Positions 9,777-20,183 of a DNA stretch of 64,000 bases are shown here, piece by piece. Each line of letters starts with the position of its first letter. Positions within the stretch are counted from its first letter, which is position 1. Location: contig JAJRWF010000148.1 of the NCBI GenBank assembly GCA_024276905.1, positions 9,821 through 73,820 on the forward strand, read 5' to 3'. The notes under the pieces are model-generated. The model ran no database searches. It was not told the origin of the DNA and worked only from the letters and a program-made list of their open reading frames with translations. The stretch comes from Deltaproteobacteria bacterium (lineage in GTDB: Bacteria > Desulfobacterota > Desulfuromonadia > Desulfuromonadales > Geopsychrobacteraceae). Both the position numbers and the translations under genes were made by a program.

Positions 9777-10394
9777 TCACCCCAAAAGATACGGCTTCGC
9801 CAGCGTCAACGCAATCCCCCACATCACCAGACAAACCAGACCATCAAGAACTCGCCAGGCACTACGACGACGAAACAAGGGGGCCAGCAGCGGGCCGCCG
9901 AAACCAAGAGTAAAGAACCACAGAATTGATGCACTGACCGCCCCACCGCCAAAAACCAGCCGCTGATCGAGCGGAAATTGACCACCAATGCTGCCGATCA
10001 GTACCAGCGTATCGAGATAGGCGTGGGGATTCAAAAAAGTCACCGCCAGAGTCGACAGGATCAGGGCTCCGCGTGTCAGCGGTACGTTCCTCTCCACCTG
10101 CAAACCGGCGCTGCCACGCCAGGCAGAACGTAGGGATAAACTGCCGTAGGCCACCAGAAAAGATGCTCCCCCCAGCGCTGCATAGCGCATCAGATCAGGA
10201 TCTGTCGCCACCAGAGAACCAACACCGGCCAGTCCCAGCCCGATCAACAGCAGATCACTGCCGGAGCAGATTGCCGCAATCATCAATGGTCGGTTACCGC
10301 GCACTGCGTTCGACAGCACAAAAGCGTTCTGGGCCCCTATCGCGATGATCAATCCCGCCGTAACCAGAAAGCCCTGCAGATACACACTTAACAT
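9777..10394 (-). CDS. argO: LysE/ArgO-family basic amino-acid exporter
   Basis: 205 aa. MLSVYLQGFLVTAGLIIAIGAQNAFVL... matches the LysE/ArgO N-terminal signature. Divergent from an ArgP-like LysR regulator. Confidence 0.8.
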   Translation of the reverse strand: MLSVYLQGFLVTAGLIIAIGAQNAFVLSNAVRGNRPLMIAAICSGSDLLLIGLGLAGVGSLVATDPDLMRYAALGGASFLVAYGSLSLRSAWRGSAGLQVERNVPLTRGALILSTLAVTFLNPHAYLDTLVLIGSIGGQFPLDQRLVFGGGAVSASILWFFTLGFGGPLLAPLFRRRSAWRVLDGLVCLVMWGIALTLAKPYLLG

Positions 10395-10468
10395 TCGTCT
10401 TCTCTCCTTTTCAGGAGCAAGACTAACGACTGGACTGGTGCTTGTAAAATTAATTGTTTTGCATTGCC

Positions 10469-10483
10469 ATTAGCAGTGCTAAT
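10469..10483. promoter_or_regulatory. LysR-type T-N11-A palindrome in the argO/argP divergent intergenic region
   Basis: ATTAGCAGTGCTAAT is a perfect 7+1+7 palindrome located 9 nt before the regulator ATG. Confidence 0.5.
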
Positions 10484-10491
10484 ATCAACAA

Positions 10492-11388
10492 ATGATTGAT
10501 TATCGTCTGCTTGCGGCCCTGGCCGCCGTCATTGATGAGGGCGGCTTCGAGCGCGCCGCCCAGGTTCTGCATCTGACCCAGTCGGCAGTTTCCCAACGGG
10601 TGCGTCAGCTGGAAGAACGCCTGGGGCAGATATTGCTGGTACGCTCACAACCACCGCAGCCTACTGATACAGGTCGTCAGCTACACAAGCACTATCACCA
10701 GGTCCAGCTTCTCGAAAATGCCTTGCCCGCAACTCTGTTGAGTGATGGAGATGCGAAACCCCTGACTCTGGCCCTGGGGCTCAATGCCGACAGCCTGGCG
10801 ACCTGGTTCTGGCAGGCCGGAGAATTGCTACTCAAAAAACATGATCTGCTTTTTGACCTGCGGGTTGATGATCAGGATGTCACCCAGCAGATGCTCAAAA
10901 AAGCGGAGGTGGTTGGGTGCATCAGCGCCTCAGCAACGCCACTGCAAGGCTGCCGTTGTACCTACCTCGGCACCATGATCTATCGCCTGCTGGCCCGGCC
11001 GGACTTTGTTGCCCGCTGGTTCCCCGAAGGCCTGAGCATGAAAGCGATAGCGAAAGCCCCGGCCGCAATCTTCGGCCGCCAGGATGCTCTGCAGTTTCGT
11101 ATTCTGCGTCAAGCATTAGGAACAAAGCTTCCGGTTCTACCCGCCCACTACATCCCCTCCCCTGAAGCCTTTGCTGAAGCAGTGCGCTGCGGTCTGGCCT
11201 ACGGCGCCATTCCCGATCAGCAGAGTGAAGGCTGGCTGAAAAAGGGCGAATTAATTGAAGTCACCCCTGCCCGCGAGATGGTGCGTCTTTACTGGCATTG
11301 CTGGAATCTGTCCTCGGAACTGCTGGACGAGCTGGAAGGTTGCATTAAAAAGGTGGCGCGCGAAGTTTTGTTTCAAGAGGATGTTTAA
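10492..11388 (+). CDS. argP: LysR-family regulator, ArgP/IciA-like
   Basis: MIDYRLLAALAAVIDEGGFERAAQVLHLTQSAVSQRVRQLEERLGQILLVR closely parallels the ArgP N-terminus. Divergent from argO. Confidence 0.8.
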   Translation: MIDYRLLAALAAVIDEGGFERAAQVLHLTQSAVSQRVRQLEERLGQILLVRSQPPQPTDTGRQLHKHYHQVQLLENALPATLLSDGDAKPLTLALGLNADSLATWFWQAGELLLKKHDLLFDLRVDDQDVTQQMLKKAEVVGCISASATPLQGCRCTYLGTMIYRLLARPDFVARWFPEGLSMKAIAKAPAAIFGRQDALQFRILRQALGTKLPVLPAHYIPSPEAFAEAVRCGLAYGAIPDQQSEGWLKKGELIEVTPAREMVRLYWHCWNLSSELLDELEGCIKKVAREVLFQEDV

Positions 11389-11475
11389 CTCCCCCCGTAT
11401 GACGCCGCCGGAACGCAACAGCGCTTTTGAGAAATTCGAGGGAAGATGTTTGAGCCGCAGGCGAGTTTCTGAAGC

Positions 11476-12114
11476 TCAGCGCCGTTCCAACAGTAACCGC
11501 ACCCCCAACCCGAGCAGCAGCAGCCCGCAAACCCCTTCCAACCAGCGATGAAGCGCCGACGAAAGGAGTGCGACACGAAAGCGGTCAAGCAGCAGAGAAA
11601 GAAGACAGAGCCACAAAAAAGCCAGGGTAAAATGGATGGCGGCCAGAAAAAGCGACTTGAAGAGCACCGGATCGCTCGGATGGATAAACTGCGGCAGAAA
11701 CGCGAGATAGAAAATGGCTGTTTTGGGATTTAAAACATTACTCATCACCCCTTCGACAAAACTGCGCCGCAAAGAGCGAGGTCGCAGCTGACCAGCCGAA
11801 ACCTTTGCGTCTGACCCCGTTTTCAGAGCACAACGCAACGACATCAGACCGAGCCAGCCGAGATAGGCTGCCCCGGCAATTTTAAGCAGACCGTAGAGTG
11901 TCGCAGAGGCCATCAGGATCAGAGAAACGCCAAGCGCCGAGAGGGTTGCATGAAAAAAGAGTCCGCAACAGATCCCGGCGGTGGTTATTATCCCGCTACG
12001 AACATCGCCACCCAAAACATTGCGCATCACCAGCAGTGTATCGGCTCCCGGAGTCAGGGTCAGCACGGCGGCAAAAGCAATAAAGGTTAAAAGTGAAGTG
12101 TCGACCATTTTCAA
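11476..12114 (-). CDS. LysE/RhtB-family amino-acid efflux protein
   Basis: 212 aa with about 6 TM. N-terminus LLTFIAFAAVLTLTPGADTLLV is typical of the RhtB family. Confidence 0.8.
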   Translation of the reverse strand: MKMVDTSLLTFIAFAAVLTLTPGADTLLVMRNVLGGDVRSGIITTAGICCGLFFHATLSALGVSLILMASATLYGLLKIAGAAYLGWLGLMSLRCALKTGSDAKVSAGQLRPRSLRRSFVEGVMSNVLNPKTAIFYLAFLPQFIHPSDPVLFKSLFLAAIHFTLAFLWLCLLSLLLDRFRVALLSSALHRWLEGVCGLLLLGLGVRLLLERR

Positions 12115-12140
12115 CCATTGCCCCTGAATTCACTCATAGT

Positions 12141-12168
12141 CCTCACCTCTTACCCCTCACTCCTCACG
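12141..12168. repeat. heptad array (complement: CGTGAGG AGTGAGG GGTAAGA GGTGAGG)
   Basis: Four consecutive C-rich heptads, cctcacc tcttacc cctcact cctcacg. They overlap the last codons and the stop of the MFS gene. Same heptad family as at 20996, 25964 and 58667. Confidence 0.6.
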
Positions 12169-13370
12169 GTGTTTCTCAGCCTGAGTGTCAGCAGGGCCGC
12201 CAGGGCCGTCAGCCCGGCACTGACCAGATAGCTGGGAACAAAGGTTTTGGTAATCTCGGCCAGCAGCCCGGCACTGCCCGGTCCGATGATCTGTCCGGCG
12301 GCAAAAAATAATGTCAGGATACTGAAGCCGCTGGCGGCGCGTTCCAGTCCGAGATATTCGGCCACCGCAGCAGCCATGATCGTCGGCACGGCGAAGAGCA
12401 CCGAGCCATAAAAGATGACCGACAGCCAGAGAGCCCAGGAACCAAGATGCGCCCCAAGTCCGGCCAGCAAATAGGCACAGGTGAACATTCCGTAAACCAG
12501 TATCATCCCGTTACGGCGCCCGATACGGTCGGAAACACTGCCGAACAACACCCCTGAAAAAAGGGCAAAGAAACCGACCCAGGACCAGAGCTGACCGGCA
12601 CGCGCTGCACTGAAACCGAACTCATCGACCATGGTGGTGACAATAAAGGTGCCGTAGACCATATAAGTCAAACCGAAAATCAGGTAGATAATCCCGAGTT
12701 GCAGCAGAATCCTGCCGTTGGTGCTGCCGCCCAACTCAGACTGTTCAACCGCTTCGAAACGTCCGTAGGGCTCAAGGCCGAGTTCCCCCGGATCGTTGCG
12801 CACCACCAGCCAGGCAAACAGCGCCGCCAGCAGACTCACCAGTGCCAGTACCAGCCAACTGCTGCGCCAGCCGTAGGTCAGATTAAGCTGCGGTACTGTC
12901 AGCCCGGCAATAATGATTGCCAGCCCATTACCGGCGATCATCAAACCGGCGGCCATTCCACGTTTGTTGCGTCTGAACCAGTGGGAAACCAGCACCATAG
13001 ACGGGATATTGGCGAAACCACTGCCGACACCGACCAGACCATATAAAACGACCAATGAAACCAGGGTGTCGACACGGCTGATCGCAAACATGCAGAAACA
13101 GACCAGCAACAATCCGCTACAGATCACCACCCGCGGCCGATAACGTCGAATCAACCAGGGGGAAAGGGCCACCGACAGCAGGTACCCGATAAAATTTCCG
13201 GTACTGATCAGACCCATCTGATCATAACCGAGCGCCAACCCCTGACGCATCGCCGGCAGCAATAGACCAAAAGCAAAACGGGCCAGTCCCAGACAGGCGA
13301 ACAGAGTCAGACCACCTGACAGAATGATCAGCCAGCCGTAGTGAAATGGTATTTTTCGCGCCGAGATCAC
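12150..13370 (-). CDS. MFS transporter
   Basis: 406 aa with about 12 TM helices and a typical MFS layout. Confidence 0.8.
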   Translation of the reverse strand: MISARKIPFHYGWLIILSGGLTLFACLGLARFAFGLLLPAMRQGLALGYDQMGLISTGNFIGYLLSVALSPWLIRRYRPRVVICSGLLLVCFCMFAISRVDTLVSLVVLYGLVGVGSGFANIPSMVLVSHWFRRNKRGMAAGLMIAGNGLAIIIAGLTVPQLNLTYGWRSSWLVLALVSLLAALFAWLVVRNDPGELGLEPYGRFEAVEQSELGGSTNGRILLQLGIIYLIFGLTYMVYGTFIVTTMVDEFGFSAARAGQLWSWVGFFALFSGVLFGSVSDRIGRRNGMILVYGMFTCAYLLAGLGAHLGSWALWLSVIFYGSVLFAVPTIMAAAVAEYLGLERAASGFSILTLFFAAGQIIGPGSAGLLAEITKTFVPSYLVSAGLTALAALLTLRLRNTVRSEG

Positions 13371-14020
13371 GAGACCCTTTCATTATTCTGTTCGGCTGGC
13401 AGTTGCGCGGCAATCGCCGCCATCACCCGCTCGACAATTGCGATATGAGTCTCTTTACAGTTTTCGCGTTCAAACAGGTCGTCAAAGTTGATCGGAGCCC
13501 CGAAACTGACCCCGGCCTGCTGACCGAAACCAGGGAATTTCCAGCGATTCAAACCGCTGAGTGCGGTTGGAATCACGACCGGCCGGTGATCATAGATCAA
13601 CTTGCCGACACCGCGATTTCCCTTGCCGAGTTGACCATCCTTGTGTCTGGTTCCTTCCGGGAAAAGCATTACCTTTTCCGTTTCGAGTAGTCCGCCAAGG
13701 TGCTTGCCCGCCTTCAGATCACGTCCACGCCTTACCGGAAAAGCTCCCCAGCTACGAAATATCGCTACGAGCAAGGGATTGCGGAACAGTTCCTCCTTGG
13801 CCGGCGCCCAGAGCATCTGCAATGGAAAGGCACGTAACACGGCCCAGGGCAGAAAAATCGTCTCGTAGCCCGAAATATGATTTGATGCGATCAGGACTCC
13901 GCCGCGTTGTGGGATATGTTCAATACCTCTGACCCGAAAACGATTCACCCCCGAAGCATAAAAACCGACAACATAGGCCGAAATAAACGCCCACAGGCGT
14001 CTGATAAATGAAGTTTCCAC
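13367..14020 (-). CDS. plsC: 1-acyl-sn-glycerol-3-phosphate acyltransferase family protein
   Basis: Acyltransferase motifs NHISGYE (HX4D-like) and FPEGTR. 4-nt overlap with the MFS gene. Confidence 0.8.
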   Translation of the reverse strand: METSFIRRLWAFISAYVVGFYASGVNRFRVRGIEHIPQRGGVLIASNHISGYETIFLPWAVLRAFPLQMLWAPAKEELFRNPLLVAIFRSWGAFPVRRGRDLKAGKHLGGLLETEKVMLFPEGTRHKDGQLGKGNRGVGKLIYDHRPVVIPTALSGLNRWKFPGFGQQAGVSFGAPINFDDLFERENCKETHIAIVERVMAAIAAQLPAEQNNERVS

Positions 14021-14262
14021 GAGTTAAAAATCCTTTCAAATCGTTTTTGTCGGCACTCATTATAACCGATCATAACCGTGCAGGGTAAAATTCTTCCTTC
14101 GGCACAATCACGAGGTTTCACAGCAATGACCACACAGCGAAATCCTGCTTCAGCAGCGGGACAACACCCGAAACGAAGGCGGGGATAACGCTGAAAAAAA
14201 TCCGGCGGATGATATACTGACAACTGGAGGTTGCGACAACCCAAGGACAAAAGGAGAAACAG

Positions 14263-14754
14263 ATGTTGCCGAATTATAAATCGATTCTCGTCACCACCGA
14301 CCTGAGTCCACATTCCACGCACGTTTTCAAACATGCTGTGATGCTGGCGCGACAGAATAATGCCAGTATTCACCTGGTTCATGTTGTGCCGCAGGTCGAC
14401 TCGTCGGTACGCAGCTATGTCGCCACGGTCCTCGGCAGTGACAGCCTTGAAAAACTGGAACGCAGTCACCAGCAGGATGCCTTGCAAAAAATTCGCGCCG
14501 AACTCGAAGGATTTGCCAAAGCTGAACTGGCTGGACAGCCCGAAGACCTTAAACGTTTTGCGGGTGTCGATATTCGCATGGGCAACCCGATCGAACAGAT
14601 TCTGGCCTCTGCCGAGCAGTTCGAAGCTGACGTTATCGTCATGGGTACCCACAGCAAGGGGATCCTTGAACACGGTTTCCTCGGCAGTGTCGCCGAAAAA
14701 GTCCTGCACAAGGCCGGACGACCGACTTTCGTTATCCCGCTGCCGAAAAGCTGA
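14263..14754 (+). CDS. universal stress protein (UspA family)
   Basis: SILVTTDLS...[49 protein letters not shown] precedes the ATG. Confidence 0.9.
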   Translation: MLPNYKSILVTTDLSPHSTHVFKHAVMLARQNNASIHLVHVVPQVDSSVRSYVATVLGSDSLEKLERSHQQDALQKIRAELEGFAKAELAGQPEDLKRFAGVDIRMGNPIEQILASAEQFEADVIVMGTHSKGILEHGFLGSVAEKVLHKAGRPTFVIPLPKS

Positions 14755-14764
14755 TTTCACCTCG

Positions 14765-14801
14765 AAGGCTCTGCCCTGAATTCCGGTGCAGAGCCTTTTT
14801 T
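14765..14801 (+). terminator. rho-independent terminator after usp
   Basis: AAGGCTCTGC-13 nt-GCAGAGCCTT followed by TTTT. Confidence 0.8.
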
Positions 14802-14873
14802 GTAGCCCCATCCCGCCGATCCCGCTATTCTGCTCCATGCCCCCTTAAGATTCGAATTCTGCGGAGAAATACA

Positions 14874-16517
14874 ATGTCTGACCCGACAACACTTCCAGCC
14901 TGGCAAGCCCTCAGGGAAAATCGTCGTCAACTGACCGACGTCAGTTTACGAGCGCTGTTCCGGGACAACCCGCAGCGTTTCAATCAATTTTCCCTGCAAC
15001 TGGATGAACTGCTGTTCGACTTCTCGAAAAATCTGCTCACCGAACAGACCCTCAGCCTGCTGAGTGAACTGGCCGATCAAACCGGATTACGCACACGGAT
15101 CGACGCTCTTTTCAAGGGCGACAAAGTCAACACAACCGAAGGACGGGCCGCCCTGCATACTGCGCTGCGCAATCGCAGCAAACGGCCGGTCGTTCTTGAC
15201 GGGCAGAACCTGATGCCGCAGATCGAACAGGTCCTGAAGCAGATGGGTGATTTTTCCGATCAGGTTCGCAGCGGTGCCTGGCGTGGTTACAGCGGCCGAC
15301 CGATTACCGATATCGTTAATATCGGCATCGGCGGCTCAGACCTGGGGCCGTTGATGGTGACAGAGGCCCTCAAGCCCTACGCCAGCGATAATCTCCGGTG
15401 TCATTTCGTTTCGAACGTCGATGCCAGCCAGCTGTGCGAAACTCTCAAGCCGCTCAACCCGGAAACCTGTCTGTTTCTGATCGCATCAAAAACCTTCACC
15501 ACCCAGGAGACTCTGACCAACGCATATTCGGCGCGTCACTGGTTCTTGTCCCAGGCAAAAGATGAAAAACATATTGCGCGTCACTTTGTCGCCATTTCGA
15601 CCAACCCTGAACGGGTGGTCGAATTCGGCATCGACCCGGTCAACATGTTCGAGTTCTGGGAATGGGTCGGCGGTCGCTATTCGTTGTGGAGTGCTATCGG
15701 ACTGTCGATTGTACTGGCAATTGGAAAGGACAATTTTGCGGAACTGCTCAGTGGTGCCCACCTGGTCGATGAGCATTTTCGCACCGCGCCCTGGACCGAA
15801 AACATCCCGGCATTGATGGGCCTGATCGGGCTGTGGAATGCCAATTTTCTTGGTGCCGAAAGCCAGGCGATCCTCCCCTATGACCAGTACCTGCACCGTT
15901 TTCCCGCCTACCTGCAGCAGGCCGACATGGAAAGTAACGGCAAAAGCATCACAACGCAGGGCAAGGAGGTCAACTACACGACCGGCCCGATCATCTGGGG
16001 TGAGCCGGGAACCAACGGTCAACACGCCTTCTACCAGCTGATCCACCAGGGAACACGTCTGATCCCCTGCGATTTTCTCGCTGCTGCCAACAGTCAGAAC
16101 CCGCTGGGCGAACATCAACAGATTCTGCTGGCCAACTTTCTCGCTCAAAGTGAAGCACTGATGATGGGGAGAACTGCCGCCGAAGCACAGCAAGAAATGG
16201 AAAACACCGGGTTATCTGCAGCTGAAATCGAACGCTTGCTCCCCCATCGGACCTTTCCCGGAAATCGCCCGAGCAACAGCTTTTTATATCGCCGACTCGA
16301 TCCGAAAACCCTCGGCATGCTGATCGCTCTTTACGAACACAAAATCTTTGTTCAGGCGAGTATCTGGCAGATCAATCCTTTTGATCAATGGGGGGTTGAA
16401 CTCGGCAAACAACTGGCACAAAAAATTCTGCCCCTGCTGACCGGTGAGTCAACCATCGGAACGCACGACAGCTCGACCTGCGGACTGATTGAGAGAATTC
16501 ATCGGCTGCGTGAATAA
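14874..16517 (+). CDS. pgi: glucose-6-phosphate isomerase
   Basis: 547 aa with full-length PGI pattern ([10 protein letters not shown], ...[18 protein letters not shown]...). Confidence 0.95.
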   Translation: MSDPTTLPAWQALRENRRQLTDVSLRALFRDNPQRFNQFSLQLDELLFDFSKNLLTEQTLSLLSELADQTGLRTRIDALFKGDKVNTTEGRAALHTALRNRSKRPVVLDGQNLMPQIEQVLKQMGDFSDQVRSGAWRGYSGRPITDIVNIGIGGSDLGPLMVTEALKPYASDNLRCHFVSNVDASQLCETLKPLNPETCLFLIASKTFTTQETLTNAYSARHWFLSQAKDEKHIARHFVAISTNPERVVEFGIDPVNMFEFWEWVGGRYSLWSAIGLSIVLAIGKDNFAELLSGAHLVDEHFRTAPWTENIPALMGLIGLWNANFLGAESQAILPYDQYLHRFPAYLQQADMESNGKSITTQGKEVNYTTGPIIWGEPGTNGQHAFYQLIHQGTRLIPCDFLAAANSQNPLGEHQQILLANFLAQSEALMMGRTAAEAQQEMENTGLSAAEIERLLPHRTFPGNRPSNSFLYRRLDPKTLGMLIALYEHKIFVQASIWQINPFDQWGVELGKQLAQKILPLLTGESTIGTHDSSTCGLIERIHRLRE

Positions 16518-16603
16518 CAGAAGCTCTGCATCTCGTTCACCAAGAGAACACCACCGCGTATCATGAACATCAACATTACCTGAACGCAGAACCCCGTCAG
16601 TCC

Positions 16604-17434
16604 TCAGCCTTTCAAGCGAATGCCGGTTTGCAACAATTCAATTTTTTTCTGCTTGTAAAGACTGCCGACCGACCGTTTGAACTGTTTTTTACTCAGTCCC
16701 AACACGCGACGGATCTCCTCGGGGGAGCTGTTATCGTTCAGCGGCAGGAACCCGCTACCGGCAAGTGCCTGCAGAATCTTGTCCCGGCCGATATCGGCCC
16801 CGGCCCGTCCTCCCGGATTAAGACTGAGATCAACCTTGCCATCCTCACGCAAACGCGCAACGTATCCGACTAGATGCTGGCCCGTCTGGACCTCGGTCAC
16901 CTCATCGCTGTAGAGCAACCCTTCACAACACCCGTCAATGATCATCTTGACCCCGAGATCTGTCTGCCGCCAGACCTGCAGATCAACCTGCTGGCCAACC
17001 CGCAACCCTTGCGCTGTTTCCAGAAAATCAGCGATCCGGCAGGAGCCGCAAAGCAACTCGTCCTCATCAAGCTCGACCCGCACCAGGGTTCTCTCGCCAG
17101 GACCTGGCCGAAAAGGGATTTCGTCAATTGCAACCGGCAGCTCAAAGCTCCGGCCCAGATCAAAAAGAACCCCCTCGGGCAGGATTTTCTTGACCCGCAG
17201 TGCAGCAAAACCACCCACCTCGGCCAGCGGCAGACGCAAGGTCGCCAGAAGATTGCGCTCCTGGTCCCGATAGACGAAAACCCGCAATCGCTCACCAACT
17301 GCCGGCGTCGCAGCAAGCTCCTGCTGCGGCAACAGCAAGGGGGCCGGTAATGACCGCAACCAGGCCCCCTGCTGATCAAGCCGCTCGATAATGACTTCGC
17401 TGATTCGACCGATGGGCGGTTTATTTTGTCTCAT
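16604..17434 (-). CDS. cvfB: S1-like RNA-binding protein, CvfB/YitL family
   Basis: 276 aa with repeated S1-like segments and a C-terminal winged-helix-like tail (SPEEIRRVLGLSKKQFKRSVGSLYKQKKI). Confidence 0.7.
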   Translation of the reverse strand: MRQNKPPIGRISEVIIERLDQQGAWLRSLPAPLLLPQQELAATPAVGERLRVFVYRDQERNLLATLRLPLAEVGGFAALRVKKILPEGVLFDLGRSFELPVAIDEIPFRPGPGERTLVRVELDEDELLCGSCRIADFLETAQGLRVGQQVDLQVWRQTDLGVKMIIDGCCEGLLYSDEVTEVQTGQHLVGYVARLREDGKVDLSLNPGGRAGADIGRDKILQALAGSGFLPLNDNSSPEEIRRVLGLSKKQFKRSVGSLYKQKKIELLQTGIRLKG

Positions 17435-17542
17435 AGTTGTTCGATCCTGTCCTTATCCACGCAATGCAGAGATTCTGCTTGAAATATCGGCCGCCCGCAA
17501 GTAGCTTTAAGACTGTCAAACACAGTAAAGGAGGGGCTGTTC

Positions 17543-17908
17543 ATGCAAAAACATATCGTTATCATCGATGATGATCATCTGATACTTACCATGGCCAGAG
17601 ATTTTCTGCAGGATGCGGGCTTTCAGGTTTCAACCTCGGACAGCGGTCTTTTCTCCAACCACCTCATCTACGCCAACAACCCTCCCGATCTGATCATCAT
17701 TGATGTCATGATGCCATTGATGAGCGGTGACCAGAAGATAAAAACACTCAAAAGCAAGGACCGCAGTCGTCATATCCCGGTGCTGCTGATGTCTTCAAAA
17801 AAAAGCGACGAACTTCAGCAGTTGGCGGATACGGCCGGGGCGGACGGTATTATAACCAAACCCTTCACCCCGACCAGCCTGGTTCAGTGCGTTCGTAATT
17901 ATCTGTAA
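17543..17908 (+). CDS. single-domain response regulator (CheY-like receiver)
   Basis: 121 aa. IVIIDDDHLI...IIIDVMMPLMSG...KPF. Confidence 0.85.
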   Translation: MQKHIVIIDDDHLILTMARDFLQDAGFQVSTSDSGLFSNHLIYANNPPDLIIIDVMMPLMSGDQKIKTLKSKDRSRHIPVLLMSSKKSDELQQLADTAGADGIITKPFTPTSLVQCVRNYL

Positions 17909-17978
17909 AACAGTTATACTTGACAACCTGTACCCTATATACGCCCTAAGGTCCTGAAAAACACGCAGGAGGTAACAG

Positions 17979-18623
17979 ATGAGTCTGAACGAGCTACTGA
18001 CCGCCATGAGCCAGGATTTTATTGCCAAGGCAGATCCCGATGTCCTGGCCATCATGAAAAACTCCCGCCAGCAACTTGAAGATTCCGGCCTGCATACGCA
18101 GGCACTCGGCGCCGGTGAAAAAATGCCCGATTTTGTGCTGCGCGACTCCTCAAATGGCGAATTCCACAGCCGTGAAGCGCTGAAAAAGGGTCCGCTGGTG
18201 GTCTGCTGGTATCGAGGGATATGGTGACCCTACTGTAACGCGGAGCTGGAAGCTCTGCAAAAGATCCTGCCCGAAATTGAAAAAACCGGCACCACCGTGG
18301 TTGCGGTTTCACCGATGCTGCAGAAATATACCGGCAATCTGCTCCGCGATCTGCAACTGACCTTTCCGCTGTTGCTCGATCCCGACAATCGGCTGGCTAA
18401 ACAGTTCCGCATGGTTTTCAAACTGCCGGAACCACTTCAGAAAGTTTATCAGGGGTTCGGCATTGACCTTGAGCGTTTCAATGGCAATGATCACTGGGAA
18501 CTGCCCCTGCCGGGACGTTTTGTGATTGACCGTGACGGCACCGTGATCAATGCCGACCTTCATCCTGACCACACCCGTCGACCGGAGCCGGAAGAAACCC
18601 TGGAGATTCTCAAAAAACTCTGA
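17979..18623 (+). CDS. peroxiredoxin/thioredoxin-fold (AhpC/TSA-like) selenoprotein candidate, in-frame TGA (Sec) at 18225..18227
   Basis: Track ORFs 17979..18227 and 18297..18623 share one frame. Read-through gives ...PLVVCWYRGIW-U-PYCNAELEALQKI..., so the TGA sits at the first Cys position of the WCPYC redox motif. A hairpin follows 12 nt downstream. AGGAGG precedes the ATG. Confidence 0.75.
18240..18258 (+). promoter_or_regulatory. candidate bacterial SECIS hairpin
   Basis: GCGGAGC-UGGAA-GCUCUGC forms 7 bp (one G-U) with a G-containing loop. It starts 12 nt after the UGA. Confidence 0.55.
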
Positions 18624-18785
18624 CTTTCACAGAAAAAAACTCTGGGAATTCACTCTCCCCAAACCAAAAGAGGTGCTGCACCCGAAAGGATGCGGGGCCT
18701 CTCTTGGTTTGCAGTGAGGAGGAATCGGCTGGACAGTATTTTTCCACCCTGCTACCTTGACTCAATCCAACTGAGGAGGTCAGCT

Positions 18786-19526
18786 ATGAGCCACGATGAA
18801 CAGATTCCGGCCTGCAGCAAATGCAGCCCACTCTGGCAAAAACAGGGGAAAACCAACTGCTGGAGTGAACCAGACCAGGGGCCTGATCGCCCGGCGCATT
18901 GTCCAGCAGGTTTGAACTCCGATATTGTGCAGGGATCTTTCGAACACTATGTCGATGACAGTGAAGATGCAACCCTGGCAAGAGTTGCGGCCCGGGTTGA
19001 AGGCCTGTGCTACCAGTCGATTCCCGGCAGCGATGCTGTCAACGCGCGCTGGACGCGGGTTGAAGACACCATTGCCTTGGCCAAATTGATGAATTACCGC
19101 AAAATCGGGATTGCAACCTGTATCGGCCTGCTGGATGAAACCTCACGCCTGGCAGATATTCTTACCGCCCAGGGACTTGAACCGGTCTCCGTATGCTGTA
19201 AGGCCGGGAGTCTGGACAAACTGGAACTGGGACTGAACGAAGATGAAAAAGTCCGGCCCGGAACCTTTGAACCCGCCTGTAACCCGATCGCCCAGGCCGG
19301 GGTCCTGAATCAGTACAAAACGGACATGAATCTGATTGTCGGTCTGTGCGTCGGTCACGACATGCTGTTTTCCAAACATTCGGCAGCCCCGGTTTCAACC
19401 CTTGTGGTTAAAGATCGGGTCACAGGCCATAATCCGATTGCAGTACTCTACGGACAGAATTTCTATTATAAACGGCTGCAAAAACAGCCCGTTATTCCTG
19501 CCGCTGACCTTTCGGATACCGATTAA
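18786..19526 (+). CDS. Cys-rich metal-binding protein (DUF1847-like, from memory)
   Basis: GAGGAGG precedes the ATG at 18786 (track ORF starts at 18690). CSKCSPLW...CW...CPAG and LCVGHD motifs. Confidence 0.55.
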   Translation: MSHDEQIPACSKCSPLWQKQGKTNCWSEPDQGPDRPAHCPAGLNSDIVQGSFEHYVDDSEDATLARVAARVEGLCYQSIPGSDAVNARWTRVEDTIALAKLMNYRKIGIATCIGLLDETSRLADILTAQGLEPVSVCCKAGSLDKLELGLNEDEKVRPGTFEPACNPIAQAGVLNQYKTDMNLIVGLCVGHDMLFSKHSAAPVSTLVVKDRVTGHNPIAVLYGQNFYYKRLQKQPVIPAADLSDTD

Positions 19527-19611
19527 TCCCGGCGGAAAAAACCACGGCGATCCCGAGACTTTCCTCGCAAAACGGACAAGCAGTTGCCTCGTATTTTTCT
19601 GTGGAATATTC

Positions 19612-19641
19612 TTGACACCAATAGTCGGCTATCCCTATAGT
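19612..19641 (+). promoter_or_regulatory. sigma-70-type promoter for the Rrf2-larE genes
   Basis: TTGACA-18 nt-TATAGT, 33 nt upstream of the Rrf2 ATG. Confidence 0.5.
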
Positions 19642-19673
19642 TTGAGACAAGTAAACCATGGAGGTATCAACCG

Positions 19674-20162
19674 ATGAAGCTTTCAACCAAGAGCCGCTAC
19701 GGTGTCCGCGCCATGTTCGATATGGCCTACCACGCAGGAACACTTCCAGCCCAAATCAAAGACATCTCCCGACGGCAGAACATTTCACCACGTTACCTTG
19801 AGCAAATCTTTCAGGATCTGAAGAAAGCCGGGCTTCTCAACAGCCGGCGCGGTCCCCAGGGGGGCTACAGCCTTGCGCGACCGGCCGAAGAAATCACGGT
19901 CAAGGATATTGTTCTGGCGGCTGAAGGAGAATTACAACTGGTCAATTGCGTCAAGGGCCTGCGCAAGTCAAAAGACCGCAAAGAGGGAGAGGAACAGCCC
20001 TGTCAATTCGACAACCGCTGTGTCACCCAGCAGATCTGGGCCAATGCCAGTAAACTTCTGGGTGATTATTTCGGAACCCTGTCGTTAAAAACCCTTTGCG
20101 ATCAGGCCAAGGAAATGGGACTCGAAAAAGAACTCGATCACCGCTTCATGTATTTCATCTAA
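19674..20162 (+). CDS. Rrf2-family transcriptional regulator
   Basis: MKLSTKSRYGVRAMFDMAYH...ISPRYLEQIFQDLKKAGLLNSRRGPQGGYSLARP. Confidence 0.9.
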   Translation: MKLSTKSRYGVRAMFDMAYHAGTLPAQIKDISRRQNISPRYLEQIFQDLKKAGLLNSRRGPQGGYSLARPAEEITVKDIVLAAEGELQLVNCVKGLRKSKDRKEGEEQPCQFDNRCVTQQIWANASKLLGDYFGTLSLKTLCDQAKEMGLEKELDHRFMYFI

Positions 20163-20183
20163 ACCGTCAGATTCGGACATCAG

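Noticed and set aside
13945-14838. 297-aa minus-strand ORF
   Set aside because: It is antisense to a textbook UspA gene with a good SD and terminator. The translation has no recognisable features.
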